NCBI GenBank assembly: GCA_050949565.1
Contig: JBMNFY010000004.1
Location: 32,001-96,000, forward strand
Length of the DNA: 64,000 bases
Origin: Kiritimatiellia bacterium
Lineage (GTDB): Bacteria > Verrucomicrobiota > Kiritimatiellia > RFP12 > UBA1067
Direction: 5' to 3'
Shown here: piece by piece, positions 27,803-37,625 of the stretch
How the letters are laid out: the number at the start of each line of letters is the position of its first letter
How positions within the stretch are numbered: the first letter of the stretch is position 1
The notes under the pieces: model-generated
Databases searched by the model: none
What the model was told of the DNA's origin: nothing
The model's input: the letters and a program-made list of their open reading frames with translations, nothing else
Program-made: the position numbers and the translations under genes

Positions 27803-28743
27803 AAAGTGTGCTGTGCTTGGGATTGACGCCGACCTTGCAGCGGACACTGGTGTTTGACCGGCTGGAGATGGACGAGGTCAATCGCGCGCGTCAGGTCGTG
27901 GAATCGGCCGGCGGCAAGGCACTCAACGCAGCGCGTGCGCTGGTGGCGCTGGGCACGCCGACGCAGGTCGCCGGTTTCAACGGTGGTGACACCGGACGCC
28001 GGGTGACGGCGTATCTCTCCGCCTACGGTGTGGATGCACGCACGTTGACCACCACGAAGGCGCCGACCCGTATCTGCACGACTCTGATTGACCGCGCGGG
28101 CGGCACGGTGACCGAACTGGTTGAGGAGGCGCCGGCACCGGGTGTCGCCGCCTTACGCCGCTTCATGCGCGACACGCTGCGTCGGACGGCGGAGGCCGCA
28201 ATGTTGGTCATCTGCGGCACGCTGCCGCCCTACGCCGATGATACGTTCTACGTGCCGTTTGTGCGCGCCGCCACCGAGGCCGGCGTGCCGGTGGTGATCG
28301 ACTCACACCGTCAGGCGCTCGTCAACGTGCTGGCCGAGCGGCCGCTGCTCGCCAAGCTCAACGTGCGCGAACTGGAGACCACGCTGGGAGAACAACTGGC
28401 ATCCGAACAGCAGATCGTGCGCGGCATGCGTGAGATGCTCGCGCGCGGGGCGCGCCATGTCTTTGTGACGCAGGGCGGCAAAGCCGCGTATCTGGTGACG
28501 TCGCGCGGCGCATGGCGTTTCACGCCGCCGGAGATCAAGCAGCGCGTCAACCCGATCGGCAGCGGCGACAGCGCTACGGCCGGTATCGCGCATGCGTTGG
28601 TCACGGGCAAACCGATGACGCGCGCGGTCGCCCTCGGGCTAGCGTGCGGAAGTGCGAATGTCGAAAGCCTGACCCCTGCCGATCTCGATGTCAAGCGCGT
28701 CGCGGAACTGGCACGCAGGGTGGGTTTAGGATTTAGGATTTAG
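27799..28743 (+). CDS. PfkB-family sugar-phosphate kinase (1-phosphofructokinase/LacC-like)
   Basis: AGGKALN, TRIC, KLNVRE, NPIGSGDS. Confidence 0.85.
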   Translation: MKSVLCLGLTPTLQRTLVFDRLEMDEVNRARQVVESAGGKALNAARALVALGTPTQVAGFNGGDTGRRVTAYLSAYGVDARTLTTTKAPTRICTTLIDRAGGTVTELVEEAPAPGVAALRRFMRDTLRRTAEAAMLVICGTLPPYADDTFYVPFVRAATEAGVPVVIDSHRQALVNVLAERPLLAKLNVRELETTLGEQLASEQQIVRGMREMLARGARHVFVTQGGKAAYLVTSRGAWRFTPPEIKQRVNPIGSGDSATAGIAHALVTGKPMTRAVALGLACGSANVESLTPADLDVKRVAELARRVGLGFRI

Positions 28744-28759
28744 GATTTAGGATTTAGGA
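28725..28759 (+). repeat. (TTTAGGA)x5 heptamer array supplying the pfkB stop codon
   Basis: Five perfect units; TAG at 28741-28743 lies within the array. Confidence 0.95.
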
Positions 28760-28795
28760 TTTGGGCTTATCTCTTACTTCCACGTCTCACCGCGC

Positions 28796-31159
28796 TTAGG
28801 GCGCTGTGAAGCTGGTCACCACCTTGAAGAAGCGGCGGGGTACCGTCGGGTCGCGGGGGATCGTGAAGATGACTTGGCTGCCTGTCGCTTGGATGCTGTC
28901 GCCGATCTTCACCCAGTTGGTTTGGGTGAGATCGTCCACTCTGTAGACCGTATACCAGAGGCCGCTTTCGGCGTTGTCGATCTTGATGGTGGCCGTTCCG
29001 TCGCCGATGACGAACCCCTCGCCGTCTGCGGCGAAGGCGGGCGCGGCGGGAAGGCCTGACGCGAGGTAGTAGGTTTCGCCGATCGCCGGGGCACCGGTGA
29101 AGGTGCCGCCCGTGCCGGCGAACATGTCGATGTTCCAGTCTGTTGCTCCCGCCGCGTCCGCGTTGGCCGGGATACTCCACGGCATTCCGGGACCCTCGGT
29201 GTTCAGCACAATGCCCGTGCAGCCGTCGAACATTTCCTGATAGCAGCCCTCGGCCAGCGTCGTGGCGGGCAGCGCCGGCGCGTTTGTCAGTCCCGTACAG
29301 CCGGCGAACATGCGGTAATAGCAGCTCTTGGCCAGCGTCGTGGCGGGCAGCGCCGGTGCGCTGCTGAGCGCCGTACAGTTGCAGAAGAGGAACGAGAAAC
29401 AGTTGGTGGTCATGGCCGGATGCGCGCCGGCGGTCACCGTCGCATGGTCGAGCAGGGTCTCGATGTTGCCGGAGCAGGCGACTGTTCCCGGATCGGCAAC
29501 AATCGCCCATTCGGAACCATAATAGCCGGAAATGCGGCTGTTGCCCGTCCCGCGGAAGTAGAGCTTGTACGCGCCATTGGTGTAGTTCGCCGCGATGGTT
29601 GTCCCTGCGGAGGCGGTGATCTCGTACCACTTTATCGTGTTGGCGGAATAGGAAAGCGTTGCGTTCCATGATTTTGGGGGCACCGTGATCTTGAAGAACT
29701 CCGCGCTCGAGAAGGTGATGTACCCGAGCGGTTTCGCTGTCGCATCCGCGTTGGCGACGGTCACCGCATAGTCCCAGTCCCCGCCGCTCGTCGTGAAGGT
29801 GTAGACATTGTTGGGCAGCCAGAGGTAGAGCTTGCCGTTTTCGTCGGCGGCGAGGCCGTTGACGTTGTAGGGATCGAGGCCGTTGACGGTGGCTGCCGCA
29901 TTGGGCGTGAGATAGGGCACCGTCACGCACCAGACACGGACCGTGCCGTTGCTGGGTGCGGGGGCGATGGTGCTGTTCGCCAGGCGGATCGAGCCGCCGG
30001 TAAAGGTGTTCGCGCCGGAGACCGAACCGCCGCTCCCCGGCCCGATGTCCGCGCCGCCGCTCTTGCCCCGCGTGAAGACGATGCCGCCGCTGATGGTGAC
30101 CGTGCCGCCTGCGCCATAGTAACCGCCGCCGATGCCCGCGCCGTAAAGACCGCCCGTGGCCGTGACTGTGCCGCCTGCGCCATGGTGGCCGCCGCCGATG
30201 CCGGCGGCGTAACCGTTGGCGTCGCTCGTGCCGCTCGTGGCCGTGACCGTGCCGCCGTCGCCGTAGTAGCCGCCGCCAATACCCGCGCCTTCGGAGCCGC
30301 TGGAGGCTGTGACCGTGCCGCCGCTGATGGTGACCATGCCGCCGTTGCCTTGGTAGCCGCCGCCGATGCCCGCGCCTTCGTTACCGGCGGTGGCCATGAG
30401 CGTGCCGCCGGAGACGTCCACCGTGCCGCCTGCTCCGTTCCTGCCGCCGCCGATGCCCGCGCTTTGGTAGCCGCCCTGCGCCGTGACCGTGCCGCCGACG
30501 ATGGTGACCGTGCCGCCGGCACCGCCGTAGCCGCCACCGATGCCCGCGCCGCCGTTGCCGTCCCAGCCACCGGTGGCCGTGAGCGTGCCGCCTGAGATGG
30601 TGACCGTGCCGCCGATGCCCGCGCCTTGGTAACCGCCCAGTGCCGTGACCGTGCCGCCGGAAATCATGACCGTGCCGCTGTCGCCGCCTTCTCCGCCGCC
30701 GATGCCCGCGCCCCGGTCGCCGCCCGTCACCGTCAGCGCACTGGCCTCGTCGCCGGGCGTGTTGGTGATGGAGAGCGTCCGTCCCGCCGCAACCGCAAGG
30801 CCTGCCTGGGTCGCGCCGGAGGCGAGCGTGTTCGTTCCCGTGAGGAAGAGCGAGACGTTGGCGTTCGTCCCCAGTTCGAAGGCGCATTGGTTATTGCTGG
30901 TTGCCCGGAGCGTCAGGTTCGAGAGCGTGACCGTGCTCGTTACATTCGCCGAGACGACGACGCGTACCATACCCCATTCGTTGGTGCCGGAGAGCGTGAA
31001 CGGCCCCGCCCCGGAGAGCGTGAGCGTGTACGCGGCATACGACCAGCCCGTGCCGCTGGACGAGATGTCGTCGTCAAGGGCAACGCCGTTGACCGTCACT
31101 CCGGTCGGGGTAGCGCTGGCGGTTGTTGCGAGCAGGCCCGCGCAAGCGAGCGCGAGCAT
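28796..31159 (-). CDS. Secreted surface protein: GAGIGGG glycine-rich beta-helix repeats, BspA-like LPATTLA repeats, C-terminal beta domain
   Basis: Hydrophobic N-terminus ending TASA; repeated GGTVTISGGTVTAxGG..GAGIGGG; ALPATTLA..CY..MF.GCT twice (78-bp period). Confidence 0.85.
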   Translation of the reverse strand: MLALACAGLLATTASATPTGVTVNGVALDDDISSSGTGWSYAAYTLTLSGAGPFTLSGTNEWGMVRVVVSANVTSTVTLSNLTLRATSNNQCAFELGTNANVSLFLTGTNTLASGATQAGLAVAAGRTLSITNTPGDEASALTVTGGDRGAGIGGGEGGDSGTVMISGGTVTALGGYQGAGIGGTVTISGGTLTATGGWDGNGGAGIGGGYGGAGGTVTIVGGTVTAQGGYQSAGIGGGRNGAGGTVDVSGGTLMATAGNEGAGIGGGYQGNGGMVTISGGTVTASSGSEGAGIGGGYYGDGGTVTATSGTSDANGYAAGIGGGHHGAGGTVTATGGLYGAGIGGGYYGAGGTVTISGGIVFTRGKSGGADIGPGSGGSVSGANTFTGGSIRLANSTIAPAPSNGTVRVWCVTVPYLTPNAAATVNGLDPYNVNGLAADENGKLYLWLPNNVYTFTTSGGDWDYAVTVANADATAKPLGYITFSSAEFFKITVPPKSWNATLSYSANTIKWYEITASAGTTIAANYTNGAYKLYFRGTGNSRISGYYGSEWAIVADPGTVACSGNIETLLDHATVTAGAHPAMTTNCFSFLFCNCTALSSAPALPATTLAKSCYYRMFAGCTGLTNAPALPATTLAEGCYQEMFDGCTGIVLNTEGPGMPWSIPANADAAGATDWNIDMFAGTGGTFTGAPAIGETYYLASGLPAAPAFAADGEGFVIGDGTATIKIDNAESGLWYTVYRVDDLTQTNWVKIGDSIQATGSQVIFTIPRDPTVPRRFFKVVTSFTAP

Positions 31160-31165
31160 TGACAG

Positions 31166-31214
31166 TTTAACGCAGAGACGCGGAGACGCAGAGATTGGTT
31201 TCTGGTTTCAAGTT
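31166..31214. repeat. CGCAGAGA octamer run plus GGTTTCT heptamer run upstream of the surface-protein start
   Basis: 31166-31196 is the exact 31-nt reverse complement of 50494-50524; heptamer family also at 6435-6462. Confidence 0.88.
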
Positions 31215-31353
31215 CCATCCACAGAGCGGTGTTGTTCATGGTTGATCTTTTTGCTGAATTGAATACGGTATAAACATTATCCGGAAACAGTCGCGACTAA
31301 TAATGAGAGGGGGGAGGCGACGCAAGAACAAACGAGTAACATGTGTGTTTGTT

Positions 31354-31426
31354 AGTTCATGAGTACATGAGTACATGGGTTCATTGGTTTAGCGTGGTCA
31401 AAATCGGGATCGGGATCGAAATCGAT
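31354..31426. repeat. GTTCATGA-type octamer run and ATCGGG hexamer run
   Basis: gttcatgagtacatgagtacatgggttcattgg; aatcgggatcgggatcgaaatcgat. Confidence 0.8.
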
Positions 31427-31592
31427 AGAACCTTGGCTTGGCTTCGGCTTCAGGTTTTATGCGCGGTTTGGTTGCCGATTCTGCCGTACCTAAGCCAGTT
31501 TAAGGCTGTCGGTGCCGTTGGCCATGGCGATAAACCATGTGCCGCCTTTGCGGCTTTGTGTGAGATTGGATTGGGTCGCGGGCTCCGCCGCA

Positions 31593-32636
31593 TCAGAAGA
31601 ACCACTTGGCCAGACGCAGGATGCCTTGTTTCCACGGCACGCGATGGGAGACGCCCGACGCGTCCTTGAAGGAGTCAAGGTTGGCGACGTACCAGTGGTA
31701 GTTACGGATCAGCGCATCTTTGTTGGAGTAGCGCGGCGCGTATCCCAAGACACGTTCGGCCTTTTCGATGCTCACAAAGGAGTCCTCGCAGGCGGTCTCA
31801 TACACCCACTTGTAGAGCGGCGAGAGGCGCAGCAACTCTAGGAAGCGTAGCGCCCAGATCACCGGTTTGGCCGGCAACCCACGGATCTTTTTGCCGTGCC
31901 CGGCGACATCCAGCACGGCTTGATAATCTTCGCGCATGGTGGTGAACGCTTTGGCGCCGATGTTGAACGTGTCGTTGACCTTGGCGCTGTCCAGCGTGAG
32001 CGTCAGCCAGATCGCCTCGCAGAGGTCCTCCACGTCGAGAAGTTGGTAGCGGTTGCGTCCGCTGCCGATCATCGGGAAGCCGTGGCCGGTGTACGCCCAG
32101 TCATAGAAGAGCGCGAACACGCCAAGCCTTTCAGGGCCGACGAAAGATTTGGGACGGATGATCGGGACGCAAAGCCCCTGCTCGCGCGCTTTGAGGCACT
32201 CCTCTTCCGCCAGAATCTTGGCGCGTCCATACGGCCCGACGCCGATCAGCGGGTCGTTCTCTACAAGCGGATGATGGTCGGGGATGCCGTACACGGCGGT
32301 TGACGAGATCATGACGGCACGTTCGACACCGGCTTCACGCGCGACAGCCATCACGTTGCGCGTACCGTCGACATCGGTGGTCATGATGTCCTCTTCGGAG
32401 TAGAGCGGCAGCGCCGCTGCGGTGTGGATCACCCAAGTGACGCCCTGCATGACCTGTTTCAAAGCCACCACATCGCGAATGTCGCCGACAACCGCCTGAA
32501 TCTGATCTTTCTCAGGATAATCGAACGGCATGAGGTCGATCGAACGGATATCCGTGATGCCTTTTGACCGGAGGTGCCGGATCAAGTTGATTCCAAGGAA
32601 ACCGCTACCGCCTGTCACTAAAACGCATTGATTCAT
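31593..32636 (-). CDS. NAD-dependent epimerase/dehydratase (extended SDR)
   Basis: VLVTGGSGFLG, HTAA, SSTAVYG, YGRAK. Confidence 0.9.
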   Translation of the reverse strand: MNQCVLVTGGSGFLGINLIRHLRSKGITDIRSIDLMPFDYPEKDQIQAVVGDIRDVVALKQVMQGVTWVIHTAAALPLYSEEDIMTTDVDGTRNVMAVAREAGVERAVMISSTAVYGIPDHHPLVENDPLIGVGPYGRAKILAEEECLKAREQGLCVPIIRPKSFVGPERLGVFALFYDWAYTGHGFPMIGSGRNRYQLLDVEDLCEAIWLTLTLDSAKVNDTFNIGAKAFTTMREDYQAVLDVAGHGKKIRGLPAKPVIWALRFLELLRLSPLYKWVYETACEDSFVSIEKAERVLGYAPRYSNKDALIRNYHWYVANLDSFKDASGVSHRVPWKQGILRLAKWFF

Positions 32637-32723
32637 GAACTACAATCCCTTCGTGTTCGCCAAATGTCGAGACACGTTACCAAATCCGCCGGATGTTGGC
32701 ACTTCAAAACGGGTGCGACCGCG

Positions 32724-33410
32724 TCATTCCGCGATGGTCATTTCCCAGGGCGGCGTCTCAATGGCTTTCTTGCCGTCATCGAGCAAAAGTTCTGATTGCT
32801 GTGCATCGCTGGTGAGTTCGTCCCAGAAATCTTTTCTCAGCTTTCCGTCGAATATCTCAAAAGCCTGTTCGGTTTCTTTTTCTTTGAAAAATGCTTTGTA
32901 AGCGTCTGCAGGAAAAGAGCCGCCTGCATGTGAAAAATACACATTGCCGCCATAACGTCTGTAAAGCGCCCTGTTTCGTTTCCACAAAAGCACGTCCTCT
33001 TTTAGCATGTCATCCGTAGGCACGAAAAAACTGGGCTTCAGCCACGCAATTTCTTTTTTGATTTTGGCGACTCTGTTTGAGACATCTACAGTTCCGACAA
33101 GGTTCTCCAGTTCTTTGTTGAGGTGCGCAATCCGCTGGTCATAAGTCCCCTTGGCTAGTTTTTCAAAAAACTCACGCTGCTTTTCAAGCTCTTGCGGCAT
33201 GACCACGATATTTTCACTTTTGTCAAACTGATCCAGAAGCGTTTTCATGATGATGGCTGAGGCATCATTCGTTTCACTTATCGCAACCCCATTCACCATC
33301 GCGACCGTGCGCGTGTCTCCAGGCTTAGCGCTTGACACGCTTAACAAGATTACAAATACGAGAGCAATCGCAGAACCGCAAACAATGTACAGCAGTTTTT
33401 TCTTTTTCAT
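32724..33410 (-). CDS. Hypothetical membrane-anchored protein, low GC
   Basis: 228-aa ORF with KKKK plus TM N-terminus; AT-rich relative to its flanks. Confidence 0.7.
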   Translation of the reverse strand: MKKKKLLYIVCGSAIALVFVILLSVSSAKPGDTRTVAMVNGVAISETNDASAIIMKTLLDQFDKSENIVVMPQELEKQREFFEKLAKGTYDQRIAHLNKELENLVGTVDVSNRVAKIKKEIAWLKPSFFVPTDDMLKEDVLLWKRNRALYRRYGGNVYFSHAGGSFPADAYKAFFKEKETEQAFEIFDGKLRKDFWDELTSDAQQSELLLDDGKKAIETPPWEMTIAE

Positions 33411-33595
33411 GGTAGAGCGCTCCGTCTACTCAACGCCTGATCGTTTGCCCACCTTTTACACGGATCCTTATTTCAAGTCAATGGCAGAAACCCTGAATCA
33501 AAATCGCTAATGCGTTTGACACGTCCGGTGTGAAGTCCGCATAATGATACTACCAATTAGGTCTCTGTCAGATGGATGGGCACCGGGAGGTTGAT

Positions 33596-35329
33596 ATGAA
33601 AAATGGATTGAGGGCGGTTTTGGCCGTTGCTGTGTGCGGCGTCGCGTGCGCCGGGAGTGCGTTGGGTGCAACGCGCATCGTGTCGGTCTACGTAGAGAGT
33701 TTCGCGGAGCTGCAAAAGCAAGCCGCGCTGGGGGCCGGGGCGTTTCAGGCGCCGATGCTTGCGGCGTTGCCGATGATGATGACCGGTGGCTTGCCGGGTG
33801 CGGCGCAGATGGATAACAGCAAGCCGGTCGCGATGCACCTGCTCGCACTCGATGGCGGCGAAACCGGCATGGTCATTGAGGTTGCGCCCAGTGCCGCGCC
33901 GGAGGCTTACCTCAAGGCGTTGGCCGGGGGGGAGGCCGAAGGGGCGCTGCCCGAGCCGAAGGACGGCATCTACACGCTGGGCAAGCACATGGCGGCAAAG
34001 GTCGCGGGCGGCCGCCTGTATATCGTGACGCATGCGAAAAAACAGGCCGCATTGCTGGGGACGGACCTGACGGCGTACTCTGAGTTGCCGACGTTGCCTG
34101 GCGTGCTGCGTGTGTCGGTGGAGCCTCAGGCCGTGGTGCCCTATCTGAAAAAAGCAACGGCGTCCATACCGGTGCAGGTCAACGCGCCTGACGCCGAGAA
34201 GCAACGCCGCGCGGTGGAGCGCGCGCTGGGTTTCTATAGCGGGATGCTCGAACAGCTCAAAGCGCTTCATCTGGGGCTCAACATCCAGAATGAAGGGGTG
34301 TTCGTCCGCTCGCGCCTGATACCGCGCGCGGGATCGGATCTGGCAGCGTTGATGCTCTCCGGCAAGCCCGTTTCTACGAAACAGCAGGCGTTTCTGAAAA
34401 AGGATTCGCTGTTCAGTTATGCGTCGGGCGGGTCGACCGTGCCGAAGACGCTGGAGAACGCGCTCATCGAGATGTATACCGAGCTCGTCGCCTCGTCGCC
34501 GATGTATACCGGCGGCGCAACCAATGACTGGGCTGCGGTCTTGAAGCAATCGATCGCGCTGTGGGGTGTGCCGCAAGCCTTGGCCGTGAGCCGACCGGTG
34601 CCGGACGGCGCGCTGCACGTACAGGGATGCTGGCAGATGGATGATCCTGTCGGCTATTTGGAATCGCAGTTCGCCATGATGAAAGAGCCGTTTTTCGTTA
34701 CGATGATGAAGCAGAGCGGTATCAAGTTCCCGGGGCCGACCAAGCGTACGGTTGACGACATGAAGGTGTACGATTGGAAGATGGAGTTCGATGAGCAGGC
34801 GATGGAGAAAACAGTGCGCGCTGCGTTCCCTCCCGATCTGCCGGCCGAAAAGGCCGATGCCGCCGTGGCGGCGCATCAGCAGACTTTTCGCACACTGAAG
34901 GTACTTTTGGGTGACGGCTACACCTATGCGACCAGCGGCAAGGATCTGATTTTGGCTATGGGCGGCGAGGCCGTGCTTGCCGATGCGGTCAAACGCGCCA
35001 AAGCCTCGGCGGGTGCATCCGCAGAGGCCGATCGTATCGAAGCGTTGTTGTCGCCATCGGCTGATCCGCACAGCATCGGCAGCATCGCGTTGGCGCGCAT
35101 CATAGCGCTCTCTCTGGCGGCGCGTCCCGAAACGGCGGACATCGCGAAAGGGATCCCGGATAGCGAGGGGATCGTCTTCGCGGGTTGGCCGTTCAAGGGA
35201 GAGACGTTGTCCGCCATGTTGATTCCGACCTCAGAGATCAAGGCCATCACGGCCGCCGCCATGGCTGGCCAAGCGGCGGCTCGGAAGCGTAACGCGCCCG
35301 CACGGCCACCCGTCCCTGATAATTTTTAA
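33596..35329 (+). CDS. Hypothetical exported protein
   Basis: ggagg RBS, signal peptide; upstream TTGACA(33516)-18 nt-CATAAT. Confidence 0.8.
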   Translation: MKNGLRAVLAVAVCGVACAGSALGATRIVSVYVESFAELQKQAALGAGAFQAPMLAALPMMMTGGLPGAAQMDNSKPVAMHLLALDGGETGMVIEVAPSAAPEAYLKALAGGEAEGALPEPKDGIYTLGKHMAAKVAGGRLYIVTHAKKQAALLGTDLTAYSELPTLPGVLRVSVEPQAVVPYLKKATASIPVQVNAPDAEKQRRAVERALGFYSGMLEQLKALHLGLNIQNEGVFVRSRLIPRAGSDLAALMLSGKPVSTKQQAFLKKDSLFSYASGGSTVPKTLENALIEMYTELVASSPMYTGGATNDWAAVLKQSIALWGVPQALAVSRPVPDGALHVQGCWQMDDPVGYLESQFAMMKEPFFVTMMKQSGIKFPGPTKRTVDDMKVYDWKMEFDEQAMEKTVRAAFPPDLPAEKADAAVAAHQQTFRTLKVLLGDGYTYATSGKDLILAMGGEAVLADAVKRAKASAGASAEADRIEALLSPSADPHSIGSIALARIIALSLAARPETADIAKGIPDSEGIVFAGWPFKGETLSAMLIPTSEIKAITAAAMAGQAAARKRNAPARPPVPDNF

Positions 35330-35369
35330 TCCCGCACCACACAAACGAGTAAGAGCAAGGAGAGACATT

Positions 35370-36794
35370 ATGGAACGCATTTCGTATTCACGTCGGTCAT
35401 TTCTTAAACGTACGGGCGTCGCGTCGGCATGCGCGGCATTTCCTTTTCTACGTGTAGCCGGACAAACCAGTCCCAATGAAAAGGTCAACCTCGCCTGTTG
35501 CGGCATCGGCAATCAGGGCGCGGGCGACATCAACGCATTGTTTGCCACGGGCCTCTGTAACATCGTGGCGTTGTGCGACACAGAGATGGGGGGCAAGCGG
35601 ACGCAAAAAACGTTGCAGAAGTTTCCCAATGCGCCGCGTTTCACTGACTTCCGCAAGATGTTCGACAAGCACGACAAGGAGATCGACGCGGTGTTGGTCG
35701 CCACGCCGGACCACTCGCATTTCGTCATCACGATGGAGGCGATGCGTCGTGGCAAGGGCGTGTTCGTGGAGAAGCCGCTGGCCCATTCGTTCAATCAGAT
35801 CGATCTGCTGATGGCGGCTGAGCAGAAGTACAAAGTCGCCACGCAAATGGGCAACCAAGGCCACTCCGACGGCAACTACTTTCAGTTCAAGACCTGGCAG
35901 GAAGCCGGCGTCCTCGACAATGTGACCAAGTTCGTGGCCCACATGAATGGCGGTCGCCGCTGGCACAAGTGGAAGGGCGATCCCGCAGCCATCAAAAAGG
36001 CGATCGCGAAACAGCCGAACACCAACAACGTGGATTGGGACACCTGGCTGGCGCATGTCGCGGAGCATGACTTCACCGAGCAGTATCTCAATGGCGACTG
36101 GCGCTGCTTCTATGAATTCGGCAACGGTGCGTTGGGCGATTGGGGTGCCCACATTCTCGATACCGGTCACGAATTCCTGAAGTGGGGCCTGCCGACGTCG
36201 GTCGAGCCGCTCAAAATGGAAGGGTGGAATCCGTACGTCTTCCCGATGGCCTCTACGCTGCTCTTCAAGGTGCCGGCACGCGGACCGGGCCTGCCGGCCT
36301 GCGATGTGTACTGGTACGACGGTGTGGGCAACCATCCTGAACTGCCGGAGGGATTCCACGGGGTCAAGACCAACAGCAACGCGCCGGCGTCGCTCGGCGG
36401 CTCTGACCAAGGCAAGGCGCTGCCGCCCGGCAAGGAGATTTACGGTGACGGCGTGATATTCAAGGGCGGTTCGCACGGCTCCACGCTCTCGGTGATCGGC
36501 GGTGAAAAAGCCGATGCGGTGAAGGCCACGCTGCCGCAGGTTCCGAAGAGCCCCTCGAATCACTACAAGAACTTCCTGCTCGGCGTCAAGGGCGAGGAGG
36601 TCTGCCGTTCGCGCTTCGCGGTGTCCGGTCCGCTCTGCCAGTTCATGTGCCTCGGCATCATCGTGCAGAATGTCAACGCCAAGCTGGAGTTTGATCCCAA
36701 GACCCGCAAGATCACCAATCACGACGCCGCTCAGGCGTTGTTGCGGATCGGTGAGCCCCCGCGTAAGGGTTGGGAAGAGTACTTCAAGGTCTAG
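35370..36794 (+). CDS. Tat-exported Gfo/Idh/MocA oxidoreductase
   Basis: SRRSFLK, ATPDHSH, EKP, TQMGNQG, GALGDWGAH. Confidence 0.92.
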   Translation: MERISYSRRSFLKRTGVASACAAFPFLRVAGQTSPNEKVNLACCGIGNQGAGDINALFATGLCNIVALCDTEMGGKRTQKTLQKFPNAPRFTDFRKMFDKHDKEIDAVLVATPDHSHFVITMEAMRRGKGVFVEKPLAHSFNQIDLLMAAEQKYKVATQMGNQGHSDGNYFQFKTWQEAGVLDNVTKFVAHMNGGRRWHKWKGDPAAIKKAIAKQPNTNNVDWDTWLAHVAEHDFTEQYLNGDWRCFYEFGNGALGDWGAHILDTGHEFLKWGLPTSVEPLKMEGWNPYVFPMASTLLFKVPARGPGLPACDVYWYDGVGNHPELPEGFHGVKTNSNAPASLGGSDQGKALPPGKEIYGDGVIFKGGSHGSTLSVIGGEKADAVKATLPQVPKSPSNHYKNFLLGVKGEEVCRSRFAVSGPLCQFMCLGIIVQNVNAKLEFDPKTRKITNHDAAQALLRIGEPPRKGWEEYFKV

Positions 36795-36836
36795 TGCGCG
36801 TGAGGGTTGCGACCCAACGCAAGGAGTCTGTTTGTA

Positions 36837-37598
36837 ATGAGTCAACCTGTTCGGATCATGCCCTGTCTGGATATGCAGGAGGGACGCGTCGTCAAAGGCG
36901 TGCATTTTGTCGATATCCGTGACGCGGGTGATCCTGTCGCATGCGCCCGCGCTTATTGTGCCGCAGGCGCCGATGAGCTCGCCATGCTGGATATCACGGC
37001 GACGGTTGAGGGACGCGCCACACTGCTGGATGTGGTGCGGCGCGTGGCCGATGCCGTGACCGTGCCCTTTACGGTGGGCGGCGGCATCTCCGACGTGTCG
37101 ACCGCTGAAGCGGTGCTCGCGGCTGGTGCCGACAAGGTGTCGATCAGCAGTGCGGCATTCCGCAAGCCGGAACTGGTGCCGGAGTTGATTCGCGCGTTCG
37201 GTGCCGACAAGGTGACCGTGGCGATCGACGTGGATCGTAGCGCGACGCTGCCGTCCGGGTACGAGGTCTATATCGACGGCGGCCGTACCGCGACTGGCAC
37301 GGACGCCGTGGAGTGGGCCAAGCGCGTGGACGGCTTCGGTGTGCCGGTCATCCTGCCCACCAGCAAGGCGGGCGACGGCGCGTGCACCGGATATGACCTG
37401 CCGGTGATCCGTGCGATCAAACAGGCCGTTTCGGCGGAGGTCGTAGCATCCGGCGGCGCCGGAACGCTTGAGCATTTCTACGACGCCGTTCAGGCGGGAG
37501 CCACGATCCTGCTGGCTGCCTCGATCTTTCACTTTGGTGAGATCGGCATCGGTGACCTGAAGGCGTACCTCAGCGAACGCGGCGTGACGCTCCTGTAA
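36837..37598 (+). CDS. hisF: Imidazole glycerol phosphate synthase cyclase subunit
   Basis: [44 protein letters not shown]. Confidence 0.9.
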   Translation: MSQPVRIMPCLDMQEGRVVKGVHFVDIRDAGDPVACARAYCAAGADELAMLDITATVEGRATLLDVVRRVADAVTVPFTVGGGISDVSTAEAVLAAGADKVSISSAAFRKPELVPELIRAFGADKVTVAIDVDRSATLPSGYEVYIDGGRTATGTDAVEWAKRVDGFGVPVILPTSKAGDGACTGYDLPVIRAIKQAVSAEVVASGGAGTLEHFYDAVQAGATILLAASIFHFGEIGIGDLKAYLSERGVTLL

Positions 37599-37625
37599 CG
37601 CCCCGGCGCACGAGGCAAAGCGGTT

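Noticed and set aside
28725-28759. Telomere-like or eukaryotic contamination (TTTAGGA resembles TTTAGGG)
   Set aside because: Short, internal, embedded between clearly bacterial genes and one of many analogous families
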